Assembly (NCBI RefSeq): GCF_000281045.1
Contig: NW_008246128.1
Span: 186,617-240,420, forward strand
DNA length: 53,804 nucleotides
From: Saprolegnia diclina VS20
Taxonomy: Eukaryota
Direction: 5' to 3'
In this document: in pieces, positions 23,356 to 35,148 of the stretch
Layout: each line of letters opens with the position of its first letter
How positions within the stretch are numbered: position 1 is the first letter of the stretch
Program-made: the position numbers and the translations under genes
Notes under the pieces: model-generated
What the model was told of the DNA's origin: nothing
Seen by the model: only the letters and a program-made list of their open reading frames with translations
Database searches by the model: none

Positions 23356-23997
23356 CTACAGCGTCATGTCGAGTGCGGTCGTGTGTGCGGCCACGACCTG
23401 CAAGAGGCCGCGACTCAGTCGCTGGACGCTCTCGTGGGCTTCGTCGACCGACGGCGTTGTATGGCCGCTCGCAATCACTTTTCTCAGAACCGGCGCGCAC
23501 AGGCTTGCGCAAGTTTGGCGCCAGGATGCATGGCCAGCGACGATGAGCGACTTGGCCGGTGCAAACACGCTCGTTGAGACGTGGAGCACGGCCGCACAGA
23601 TGTCGTCGAGGATTGTGGTCGATGCCGACACGACGCACACGGACGACGACGAGAGCAGCGCGAGCGTCTGCGGGAAGAACGCCACGCACAGCGCGTGCGT
23701 CGCATGGACGTCCTTGGCAACGACAAAGACGGGGCCAAGTGTCTCCGCCTGCGTGAGCAGCGACACGATCGCTACATCGAGATTCGCGAGGTGGAGCTGA
23801 AGCGCCGGGTGCGTGAGCTGGTTGGGATGGATCGCGTGCGTCTGGTGCAGCCATGTGGACGGACACAGGAAGTCGTCCCAGCCGAGGACGGTGGCAGTGT
23901 TTGGTGTGACGACGGCGGGCGCCGGGACGTAGGCCAAGGTCGGGAGCGCAAAGGTCTTGGGTGCAGTCTGGAGCGACGGCAAAAGCAGGGCTGGCAT
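23356..23997 (-). CDS. Hypothetical protein, degenerate member of the protist HAD-like 'FDWDDTLxP' family
   Basis: TVLGWDDFLCPSTWL...LLTQAETLGPVFVV...FFPQT...C-terminal VVAAHTTALDMTL; intronless ORF with typical codon usage. Confidence 0.6.
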   Translation of the reverse strand: MPALLLPSLQTAPKTFALPTLAYVPAPAVVTPNTATVLGWDDFLCPSTWLHQTHAIHPNQLTHPALQLHLANLDVAIVSLLTQAETLGPVFVVAKDVHATHALCVAFFPQTLALLSSSSVCVVSASTTILDDICAAVLHVSTSVFAPAKSLIVAGHASWRQTCASLCAPVLRKVIASGHTTPSVDEAHESVQRLSRGLLQVVAAHTTALDMTL

Positions 23998-24177
23998 CGT
24001 AATCGCTGGTTGTGGGCAAAAGTTGAAATGTGGTGTTTTGCTCCTGATTGGATTTCGTGACCATCACTCGCAGTGCCGATGCAAGGGAAGAGTGGTGGTC
24101 GTCAAACGTCGAAGATCGCAAGGGGCATCAGCGTCAGCCCTGCAGGATCTGTCGATGTCGTGTCGACTCTGGTACTA

Positions 24178-24327
24178 ATATGAACGTGTTTCGCGTTATC
24201 TTCATAATTACACAAAGACTTCGCATACGTAGAGACTAGCAATCTCCTTGTTCATCATTCGCTCGCCGGGCCGTGGCTGCGCGGGGCTCGTCTTCCCTTC
24301 GGTCGTCGCCCTACGACGCTTGTGGCA
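24178..24327 (-). mobile_element. 5'-truncated non-LTR retrotransposon (LINE 3' end) with a 13-bp target-site duplication
   Basis: Flanked by gactctggtacta at 24165-24177 and 24328-24340; the interior is homologous to 52712-52862. Confidence 0.8.
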
Positions 24328-24687
24328 GACTCTGGTACTACGTACATGTATTCTATGCAGTGTCTACAATTGTACATGGAAATGTACAATGTCCCTTGTG
24401 GTGGATTCGGTAAAAAGTTTTGCAATTCACGTTTTTTGTTTGCTTTGTACAAGATAGAGTTGGTATCGATAGTCGATAGCACTCGTACTATTGTCATTTA
24501 GCGACTAGCTCTAGTCTTCGCCATACATTGTCGGTGCCCTTGGTCGTCGCTGGCAACTGATCGACTTCGTCGGTGCCACCTTGAAAACCTCTCGATTTGA
24601 ATACGCGCCTGGCTATCCAATGTTACAGGCCGACCCGTGGAGCCCTCTGATTGGGCGACGCAAAGTTCAAGGTCACTTTTTGCTTTG

Positions 24688-26835
24688 ATGACGACGCACC
24701 GCTACGCCACGCAGACCCGGTCCTTCACCCGGTCGCCGGTGCGCGCGCCTCGTCGACGCCATCCCGCTGACGCCGCCGCGTAGGTCTATGGGACCCATGG
24801 CATGGTCGCTACGAACCAGCCGCTGGCCTCTGAGATCGGCTACCGCATCTTGCGCGAAGGCGGGAATGCTGTGGATGCGGCGATCGCGATTGCCGCGGCG
24901 CTCAACGGTACGACGCGTGGCCGCCTCTGGTGTAGCTGCAAGCGCTCTCTGTAGTCACGGAGCCGTGCTCGACGGGCATTGGCGGTGACTGCTTCCTCCT
25001 CTACTACAACGCCGAGACGCGCCAGGTACTGCAACTCGGTTGGTTTCGAGCGCAAACGTACGCGGCGGTAGGTTGCGGGTCTCAACGGCAGCGGGCGCTG
25101 CGCCAAGGCGCTGACGCTCGAGCGCGCAATGGCCGACTGCCCGAACGCGACCAGCATCCCGCTCGGCCATGTGCATTCCATCACGGTACGACGATGGCAC
25201 CGCGCTGGCGTCACGGCGCATACAGGTACCCGGCGCCGTCGCGGGCTGGGTCGACGCAGTCAAGGCGTGGGGCACCATGTCCATGCAAGACATTCTCCAG
25301 CCAGCAATTGAGCTCGCGCGCGAAGGCTTCCCCGTCGCGCCCGTCACGTCGTACCTCTGGGAGACTGCGTACGCAGCGTGTTTTGTGGGCGATTTGCTAT
25401 GATACTTGCGGATGTAGAGCGTTCCAGCTCACTCGCTGGCCGCACCCCGAGGTTGGTCGCCTAGTGCAAGAAGAGTGCTAACCTCAGGGTTGATAGGACT
25501 TGCTCATCGATGGCCGCGCGCCTCGCACGGGCGAGGTGCTATCTCATTTGTAGATAAAACTGGACTTATTGTCTAGATCTTCCGTAACCCGAACCTCGCC
25601 GCATCGCTCGAGGCCATTGGGCTGTACGGCAAAGCTGGCTTTTACGAAGGGCCGATCGCCAACGACATTGTCGCTGCGGTCGCTGCCCAAGGCGGTCTCT
25701 TGAGTCTCGAGGTACACGACTTTGGTACGTTGGTCTTATTCGTATCCGGATAGGACTTGGCGACGCATGCATCGTCGTTTGTCCAGCCGATCAAGACGAC
25801 CTTTGACGGGATTGACGTGTATGAGATCCCGCCGAATGGCCAAGGCATCACGGCGCTTCTGGCGCTCAATTTGCTGTCGCAGCTGCCGCCAGAGGTCCTC
25901 AAATCGCACCAGTCGCCCGAGTACCTCCACGCGCTCATTGAAACCCTGCGCCTCGCGTTCCAGGATGCTCGCTGGTACGTCTGCGACCCCGAGGTGGAGC
26001 ACGTGCCCGTGGACGAGCTCCTCGGCGCCGCGTACGCCAAAGCGCGCGTCGAGCTCATCTCCCCTGACAAGGTCCCTTCTCGACCAATTAGTTAGTAGAC
26101 TCTCAAATCGACTAGGCCATGGTCGACCCGAAGCGCGGGTCCCCGATTCTGTCGAGCGACACGGTGAGCTTTCAAGTCGTCGATGTCTACGGCAACGCAG
26201 TCTCGATGGTCAACAGCAACTATGCCAAGTTTGGCTCAGGTACGCTCGTTTAATAAGGTGGGCCCTATCGTAGGGCGTCGATTAGGGCTGATCCCGGAAG
26301 GACGCGGCTTTTCGCTGCAGAACCGAGGTAGCAATTTCATCTTGGAGGACGGCCATCCAAACGCGCTCGCCCCGGGGAAGCGCCCGTACCACACGATCAT
26401 CCCGGCCATGTCTCTCTTTGCGGATTCGCAGCTGCTCCACTCGACCTTTACCGTCATGGGCGGGTACGACGACGATGACGATTGATACTTTGATACTTTG
26501 ATCTTATTTGGAGTAGGTTTATGCAACCCCAAGGCCACGTGCAAGTGCTCCTCAACATGCTGCGCTTTGGCATGGACCCGCAAGAGGCACTGGACGCGCC
26601 TCGCTTTTGCATTGGCGCGGCCGAAGGCGAGAACGCGAGTGTCGTGAGCGTTGAAGACACGATGCCCACGGCGACGATCGACGGGCTGCGTGCCAAAGGC
26701 CATACGATCCAAGTGCTCTCCAACATGGAGCGCGGGCTCTTTGGGCGCGGCCAGATCATCACGCGCGACCCGACGTCCGGGGTTCTCTGCGCCGGCTCGG
26801 ACGGCCGCGGCGACGGTGTGCCCATGGGCTGGTAA
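24688..26835 (+). CDS. GGT: Gamma-glutamyltransferase/glutathione hydrolase (YwrD/bacterial-like type), about 11 introns
   Basis: Spliced translation gives [14 protein letters not shown]...[51 protein letters not shown] (nucleophile Thr), [32 protein letters not shown]. Confidence 0.9.
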
Positions 26836-27398
26836 CGCCGCCTTTATGCAACGTGTCCTGGCGCTGAGCGTGAGCACAAGCTGTTAACGCGTTGAGCTTT
26901 GTATGGTTGATGTCGCGCGCACAGACACGAGCGCCGTTGGCCCAGACTAATGTCACTGGCCAGCTCCTTGAGGCGGACCAGAGTCCTCGACCGAGCTGCT
27001 GGTGCCTGGACGTGGCAGCAGTGGCTTGCTGAGAGAGCGTTGTGAGCGCCCACCTTTTGGACTGCGTGCCCCTCTACAGCCAGACGACCCGCGAGGCCAA
27101 AGGCAACCGAATGCACAGAAAGGTCATCTCTTGTCAAGGTTGGTGACAGCTGGGGCATCTAATTGCACGCAAGTTACACCATGGGAGGCGCGAAGGGGAC
27201 CTTATGGCGTAGCAAGGCGCACTCTGCAGGGCCTTTTCACGCCACAGTATGCTTGGCACTCGTTGTCGTTGTCGCTGTCGGTGGCGACGCATCAAACCAG
27301 CCAGGTGTGGTGGTCGGTCGGAGGAACAAAGTGGCGTGTATCTAGTCGATTTGGTGTTGCCGGAACGACCATCCGGATTTTCGACTTGGGCGAGGAGG

Positions 27399-29624
27399 AT
27401 GACGGACCCGGCGATGGCGTTCCACGAGCACATCGCTGCCTTCTACATGGCGCTCGCGGAAGACAAGCTCGATGGCCTTGTGGACGCGCTGCAAAGCCTG
27501 CGCGAAGCTGCGAAGGAGGCGGCGGCGTCGCCCGAGAGCGCGCTCCTGGAAGAGGCACGACGACCGATGTGTACGTTCGCTCATCGTCATGTAGATGCTG
27601 CGCGACTGCGAGCAAAAGGCCATCACCAAGGGCCCGGCCGCGGTCCAGCAGTTTGGCGACTTTGTGTTGCCCAAGACGGGCGCGCTAAACAAGCGTCGGC
27701 CTGTCGCATCCGACGACCTCGCCGGCCAACTCAAGGCCCTCGAAGACGATCTCTTGCTCGTGCTCAACGCGTTTTACACGGCGCAGACGCTCGATAGCAC
27801 AGATGCGTCGCTGCATCGGCTGCGCGACTACATGACGGCCGATGCGAGCCAGCGCGGTGGTCTTCGTCTTGACCAGTTCAAGCGGCTCAAGACGTCGGCC
27901 AAGCTCAACGCCGACGGCTACATTGACCGGCATATCCACCTCGAGGCGCTCACGGGGCTCTTCCAGGACGCCTCGCACCTCCTGCAGTACATTGAGCAGA
28001 CGGTGTGGCCGCACCAAGTCGCCGCGACCTTTGCGCCCTTGCACAAGCGTATCCTCGACGTGGTCCTCGACGTTCTCGCCATGTACGGCAACGACGCGCG
28101 CCTCCTCGCGTGGGAGCGCAAGATCAGCATGAACCATGGGCAGGTCGAAGCCGACGAGAGTCTCCAGATGATCGATTTGCTCTTGGACGAACTCGCTACG
28201 ATCCTCCAGTGGGGCTTTCAGTACACGGCTTCGGTCCTCGACGTGGCCGCCCACGCTGGTCTCTCGGCCAAAATCGCCGAGCTCAACGGCGTCTACCTCC
28301 TCCTCGAGCAGTTTTACATTTCGCAGAGCGTCCGGAAGGCCGTCGCGATTGCCGAGCCCGAAGAAGTCGAGCCGCACGTGTTTGAGATCAGGTGTGTCGT
28401 AGGGTTAGGGTTCTATGTTTCATTTTTCACAGTTGAAGTATATCCTGCATTTGTCTAGTACGGTGCAGGACACGTCGTTCGTGCTCGACAAGGCCTTTGC
28501 CCGCGCGAATCAGAGGTGTCTCTCTCGACTTTGGCAACGCACGCTCAGGGAATACGTTGCCTAGTATGCACTACCACACGGTGCTCGCGATCGTGATTGC
28601 CATCGTCGAGGCGCTCGATGGAACGTTCATGCCGTCGATTCTGGCGCTACCCGATCGCAGCTTTGAGCTGCCGCTGCCGGTCACGTCGCCCCGAGCGACG
28701 ACCGAGCCGAACGAAGCGTCGAGTACTGGCGACGACGAAAAGTCGTTTGGTGACGCGCTCTTGGAGGTCGTCGAGATGGACCTCACAGCGCAGTTGCAGC
28801 GCCAGGCCAAGATGATGATGGCCATCAACTCGGCGCACAAGAGCTCGGCGTACGTCGATACGCTGCATGCGCGGTTGCACGAGCTCTCGTTTCCGCCGTT
28901 TCCGCCGCTTCTCGAGTGTCTCCCAAAAGCACTGAGTGACTTGCAAGCCGACGTCGGTCAAGTCATTACGGTCGGCACGCAAGAGCTGTATGCGATCGCG
29001 CTCCAGGCCAAACTACGGGCGTACTGTGACGCGTCGATTCCACAGTGGCAGTTTGAGCTCAACTTGGAGTCGTTCGAGTACTTTGACGTGCACGACTCGC
29101 CGCTGCGTCGCCTTGTCCATCAGGTTTCGCGCTCTTTGGATGACGACGACGCATCATCGTTGGTGGTAGGTGCTGCGGGAAAAGGCCCTCCGGCGCTTCC
29201 GACGTGGCCTCAACAGCGTGACGTTTGAGCGGCTCTGGCGCGCGGTCGTCGTCGATCTTTGCACGTGGATGGAAGAAGGGATTCAGACCAAGCAGTTTAA
29301 CGAGTGGGGCGCCATGCAGCTGGACCGTGACGTGCGCAGCGTCATGCAGCTCTGCGCCAAGTTCCCGACCGAGCCACTGAGTCTCCTCACCGAGTTTACC
29401 CGTCTCGACCAGGTTGGTGCTGCATGGCAAGGCGTCTGTGAGAACAAAGTGGCTAGATTGTGCTGCTGGTCAATATGGTCCAAGCCAGCGACGTCCTCGA
29501 GTACGACAGCATTCGGTCGACCTTGTCGATTGCCGAGATCCAAGCCCGCCTCCAGCTGCGCTTCCGGAAGAGCAGCATTGGCCACGTCGTACAGCAGCTG
29601 CACGCTGCGTCGCCGTCGAGTTAG
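27399..29624 (+). CDS. COG4: COG4-like conserved oligomeric Golgi complex subunit (multi-exon)
   Basis: LLLEQFYISQSVRKAVAIAE, VQDTSFVLDKAFARA, QFNEWGAMQLDRDVRSV, FTRLDQIVLLVNM...LQLR resemble the COG4 middle and C-terminal domains. Confidence 0.7.
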
Positions 29625-29701
29625 CCTACATTGACCACAAGACAAGTCGATTCGACCAATATATAAAGAAAAACATGGAAGGCCGACGATCGTAGGGGAG
29701 T

Positions 29702-30629
29702 CTACCCGAACGCGCCCATGGGCAAGTGCATCATGTTGTCGTCGCTGTCGTCTTCGTCGCTTGGCGCAACGCTGCTGCCGCCGCTCGACCCGTCGTCCAA
29801 GTCCAGCGGTCGGACGGTCGGCGGCGGTGGCGCGTCGGCCTTTTTAGCTTTTTTTGTCGGCGTCTTCTTGGGCGTCGCATTGGCCGTCGGCTTGCGCGGC
29901 GCCTTGACCTGTGGCGACTTGCGCGGCTTCTTGGGCTCGGGCGCCGCCGATGGATCCTTCTTCTTGGGCGGTGGGCGCTTGCGCGGCGCGGGCTTGGGCT
30001 TGGACTCGTCGGTCGCGATCGGCGCTGCGGCAGGTTTCGGCTTGGCGCGCGACTTGGATGGAGCTTTCTTGGCAGCGACCAAAGGTCCGTCGACCTTCTC
30101 TTCCTTCTTGACCGCTTTGGCGACGACGGGCTTGGTCGGTGGCGCCGTCGGTGGAGCCTAAGAGAGGACCATGAGACGCGCCATTCGACCTTCTGACGTG
30201 CTACCACTGGCTTTTCAGCATATGTCTTGAGGTCGCGTTGCCATTCCTATATCGACGTGAGTGCAAGTCTGGCCCGTACGTTAGAACCTCTTGGGCATCG
30301 GCCGGTAGCGCATCCCATGCGTCGTCGAGTGCCCGCGATATCTTGTTGCGGGAGGCGAGTGGGAATTGCCTCCGCATGGCGCGCCGCGTGTGGCGGACGA
30401 AGAGCGTCTTGGCGGTCATGAGCGCGCCGAGATCCGCATCGGCGGCGCGGACGAGGTTGCGCCGGCGGACGCGGATGCGGACGAGCTTGTCGGTCAGGAT
30501 GGCCTTGTCCGTATGGAGATCCTCAAGCTGCTCGGCGGCGAGCGCGTAGGCAGCGGCGAGGCGCTGCGTCTCGGCCTGCAGGCGCATGAAGCGCGCATGG
30601 AGCTGCGCGTACTCGGGCTCGGCGGCCAT
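29702..30629 (-). CDS. Coiled-coil + HMG-box-like protein with a K/P/A-rich basic tail (2 introns)
   Basis: N-terminal coiled coil (YAQLHARFMRLQAE...DKAILTDKL); HMG-like TAKTLFVRHTRRAMRRQFP...ISRALDDAWDALPADAQEEW; low-complexity tail. Confidence 0.6.
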
Positions 30630-30969
30630 ACGTCTTGGCTCCAAGCAACCGCAAGTAACCGGATGCGTCCGCATACACGAGCGATGGGACTCGACGGAAT
30701 TGGATAAAAACACGCCACCTTGAAATGTTGCGCGCCGCTGCGCCATGCACCGTGCTGTCGCAACGGCCGCTCGACACGTCGACGTGGTGTGCTTGGTACG
30801 CAGTACATTAGTAGACCGTATCGACTATGTTTTGCGCAGGGTAGAGCCCATGTGTAAGCTTAGTTCTTTGGTGAAGCGTCGATCCGACCGGTTGAAGACA
30901 GGATCGGCCGGGTTGGAGCCTGCCAATACCTGCGGCAAAGACAGCGCTCCAAAGGAAGGGCCAATGACG

Positions 30970-31290
30970 CCGCGCATGGCTGGAGGCGTCAAACAGAGAG
31001 AATATGCTCTACTGAATCGGATGGAATGATATTTCATGAATGGTATGGTCAGCGTCGTGAAACTCAAATTTTGCGTTTGGACGAGGAAGATTTTCATGGA
31101 TTGCATGTTTGGACAAGCCAAGGTACACAGTAGAGAAGGCTCCATCTGCAATAGTTTGGTGCATCGACTGTGTGCCGACCGATTCTATGCGTTGGCCATC
31201 GCTCGCGTGGTGTCGGCTGCAGAGCCCAAGATCGAGCCGCGGGTGTTGCGTGGTTTTAGCCATAGGCGTGGCTGGGCTACTAATTGTGGC
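30970..31290 (+). mobile_element. Possible decayed pogo/Tc5 transposase HTH fragment
   Basis: Across frameshifts: RMAGG..K, IFHEWYGQRRE, YALAIAR...GFSHRRGWATN, resembling CENP-B-type HTH motifs. Confidence 0.3.
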
Positions 31291-31421
31291 GTCTCGCCAT
31301 ATTTACCACATGAAGTCACCTGTTGGAAACGATGGGTGCCCATAGAAAGAGCAAGCTTAGAGTTTAAAACAGGTACATTGAACAGCGGGCCCCACGAAGT
31401 CACATTGAAAATCGCGGAAGG

Positions 31422-33187
31422 ATGGCAAGCCTCAACAGCGGCGCGGACGCCAAGATGAACGCGCTCGACGTGGCACTCGCCCGCGAAGAGGCCCTCGCCA
31501 AGTTCAAGGACATCAACTGGGGCACGTACTCGCGCCCGGGCGGCTTCTCGCTCGACAAGCACGAGATCAGCGCGATCAAGGAGATGGAGACAACGGCCAA
31601 GAACGCGGCCGCGCACGAGGAGCAGGCCGACGTGGTCATTGACACGTTCCTGCGCGAGTCGGGCGAGTTCCTCGGCCATGGCCTCCTCAAGCTCATCAAG
31701 AACGTCACGGAGCCGTCCGTGCTGCGCTACGCCTTTGCGCGCATCGACGAGCTTCTGCCCGGTACGTATATAGTATCCTACATCGATCTGGACGACTTAT
31801 GTTTTCGCATGCAGATGGCGGCCGCCTCCGCAAGCGCATCGAGTACTTTGTCCCCGAGGGCACGACCGTCGATGCGGCACCGTTCCTTCGCCTCCTGCGC
31901 AGCGAGACCGGCTACACGCAGTATGCGGCCGGCCACATTCTCGCCCAGTTCTTAACGTAGGCGCTACCAATACAGAATACAGATGGGATATGGAGCGATC
32001 ATGTAGGGTGCGCGTCAAGGAGCAGGACATTGCCGCGCTCATCCAGTGGATCTTGGACGCGCTCAAGGCGTCGGCCAACATGGTCGACGCGGCCCGTGCG
32101 GCGGCGGCGCGTAACGCGGTCACGACGCTCATGGTGCTCCTCCGCAACAACACGGCGCGTCTCCTCTTCACAAAGGCCGATGGCATGAAGAGGTATTTCT
32201 GTGGATTCGATTGAGGTACCGATGACACGCCATTCGTGCTGCTAGCGTCGCCGAGGTCATGAAGAACTGCCAAGGTCGCGCCCAGCTGGCTTACGAAGTG
32301 CGTCTCGATACGTATAATGCGGTCGACTCACATGGCTCTCTTGGTAGCTGAGCTTTTGCCTCTGGACGCTGTCGTTCTGCCCGGACGCGGTTGAGAAGTT
32401 TGGCTCATCTGGTGCTGTGCACGCTTTGATCCAGCAGGTGACGACGACGCATGCGTCACGACGTCTTGTGCTCACTGTGTGGTGTAGGTCATTGCGGCGC
32501 CGCGTGAGAAGGTCGTGCGCGTGGCCTTGGAGGCGTTGCAGGTTGGCACCGTCACCGGCTGCGAATCTTATTCTCGGCATTTAGAACCTCCTCGGCAAGC
32601 AGAACGGTCAGTACAACGAGAGCATGATTGACGGCGGTCTGCTCAAGACGCTGACGAACCTCCGTGACCGCAAGTGGACCGACGACGACATCACCAAGTC
32701 GATCCAGGCCGTCCGTGACGTGCTCATTCGTGAGTTCAAGGAGCTCAAGTACGTCGTTTGGTTGGATTTTCGGAAGTAATTGCGTGCTGCTAGCACGATG
32801 GAGCGCTACGAGAAGGAGCTGCGCACGGGCGCCCTCAACTGGGGTCTCTTGCATACGGACAAGTTTTGGCGAGAAAACTACATGGCGTTTGAGCTCAAGG
32901 AGTTTGAGCTCATTCGGTACGACGCCATTTTCACCCTTTATCTATACCAAAAGGGTAGGCTGCTCATTGAGCTCCTCGAGTCGGAGGACCCCAAGACGGT
33001 CGCGGTCGCGCTCTACGATCTCGGCGACTTTGTGCGCTTTTACCCCAACGGCAAGCACATCGCCAAGCGCCTCGGCGCGAAGAAGGTCGCGATGAAACTC
33101 ATGACGCACGAGAACGCCGAAGTCCAGAAGCACGCGCTCCAGTGCATCTCCAAGATGATGGTCAATAAGTGGGAGTTTGTCAAGTAA
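31422..33187 (+). CDS. ATP6V1H: V-type H+-ATPase subunit H (multi-exon)
   Basis: INWGTY, AQLAYE/LSFCLWTLSF, APREKVVRVAL, KWTDDDI, LNWGLLHTDKFWREN, VALYDLGDFVRFYPNGK, VQKHALQCISKMM. Confidence 0.92.
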
Positions 33188-34332
33188 GCGCAACGACGAC
33201 GAGACCAACCCCGGCGCGACGGCTGGATACCTGGATAAGCATGCGTGCGTCTATCCAAAATCGGACGATTGTGTTTTTGAACTGTGGTGGATCGAGAGGT
33301 GTATTGATGCGTGTCGACGACGTACAGTGGAATGTGATATCGAAATTGCACCGAAATTGATATTTTTCTACAATTGTATTGCAATAAAAGGAATGGAATT
33401 CCAGAATTCCAGAATTAATTTTCAGGGACATTGGCAAACGGATAGGGATCGACCGAACATCCGCTGCTCCCGGCTACAACGCCAGAGTGTTCCTTGTGGG
33501 TCCCCGCTAGCCGGAAATTGAGCTGTCCTTGGCTCAACCTGCTTGTGTTGTGTACTCCGCTCGGCCATTGCAGGGCTGAGGCGCAGATCACCTATCTGTA
33601 GACGTGCAAAAGGTAGGATTAGGGTTTGTGTAGGTTATTTTAGTGTATTGGCATGGCTCTGCGGTCGTTCCTCGGATCTGGCAGCCCGCCACGGGCGATG
33701 TGCAGCCATACCTCAGCCTCGTTGCTTGCACGGGTCGTTGCCGAGGCTTGGAGTGATGGTTCTCTGAACCTTTGCGGTCATTGCAGGGGGTAATGGACTG
33801 CTTTTGTGTAGTGGACAACTCGGATAGAATTTAGCAGTTTGAATCTTGTCCATCTGCCATCTGTAGGTTCTGTGCGATCCACCGCCATCTCCAACGAAAC
33901 GCAGCGCTTCGCTTTCGTGGTAGCGACTGCTACGTGCTCTCACATACGCCCAAGATGGTGACCTACCACTGCCTCGGCTTGTGTGGTGCGCTGCACCTCC
34001 AGTATGAAACAGACGTCGTCCTCGGCTCCAGTCTTGGCGGGGTTTGACGGCAGGTCATGAACCGAGATCGCGTGATTGGTGTTCATTTTGGTGCGGCAAT
34101 GTCGCTGGCTTTTGTGGCAGTGTCTTGCTGTTGTTGTCGCTTTGGCCTGCCCACGCCTCGACAGCGCTCTCATACTTATACCAGAGGCGTCAGCATAGCT
34201 GTGTTGAACCGGCATCGAAATCCTGCAACGCAATATGATTGGTGGCCACAATCCGGATAACGAACGATTATACGGACATGCTTGTGACTGGCCATGGCAC
34301 TTCAACTTGGCATCGCCGAGACACCGATCCCG

Positions 34333-35148
34333 ATGGTCTTCTTTGTCTGCGAAGGCTGCAACGAGACGCTCAAGAAGAACAAGGTCGACCAGCACGCGGC
34401 GCGGTGCCGCAACTGCTGGGCCGTGACGTGCGTCGACTGCTCGGTCGTCTTCAAGGGCAACGACTACGCCGCGCACACGACGTGCATCTCGGAGGCCGAG
34501 AAGTACCAAGGCGCGCTCTTCCAGGGCGAGAAGGGCAAGGCGGCTGCGAAGCGCAACCCGCAGGAGCGCTGGATGGACCTGATCACGTCCGTGACCGCGC
34601 CGGAACCCAAGGTGCAGCAGGCGCTGCAGCGCATCCAAGGCTACGACAACGTGCCGCGCAAGAAGGGCAAGTTTATGAACTTTCTCAAGAATTCGATCGG
34701 CGCCCAAAGCGGCGGCCTCGAAGAAAAGCTCTGGACGTTCCTTGAGACCGAGTTCAACAAGCTCAAGGAGCCGGAAGCCCCCGCCAAGCGCAAGGCCGAC
34801 GAGGACGCGACGGACGAGAGCAGCAAGAAGCAAAAGACCGAGCCCGAGACCGAGGGCCTGTCCGCGCTGGCATCGCACGTCAAGGGATATCTGGCGACAC
34901 AAACCGATGAGACCGTGATCGAGCTCTCGGCCGACGAGAAGAAATGGGTCAAGGCCATGAAGAGCCTCGTCAAGAAGGCCGACGGGCGCCGCATGGGCAA
35001 GAAGGCACTGCGCAAGGCCACGCTCGCGTACGTGCAAGACAAGCACCCGGAGCTCAATGCGTCCAAGGTCGCGTTCAAGGCGGCTTCGAAAAAGACTTCC
35101 GGTGTCTTGACCCGGGACGGCGACTACTTTGTGCTCAAGGCCGAGTAG
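34333..35148 (+). CDS. LYAR: LYAR-type C2HC zinc-finger nucleolar protein
   Basis: MVFFVCEGCNETLKKNKVDQH...TCVDCSVVF...HTTCISEAEKY; NVPRKKGKFMNF. Confidence 0.9.
   Translation: MVFFVCEGCNETLKKNKVDQHAARCRNCWAVTCVDCSVVFKGNDYAAHTTCISEAEKYQGALFQGEKGKAAAKRNPQERWMDLITSVTAPEPKVQQALQRIQGYDNVPRKKGKFMNFLKNSIGAQSGGLEEKLWTFLETEFNKLKEPEAPAKRKADEDATDESSKKQKTEPETEGLSALASHVKGYLATQTDETVIELSADEKKWVKAMKSLVKKADGRRMGKKALRKATLAYVQDKHPELNASKVAFKAASKKTSGVLTRDGDYFVLKAE

Noticed and set aside
28399..28412. TAGGGTTAGGG telomere-like motif in a COG4 intron
   Set aside because: Only two units; too short to call an interstitial telomere.
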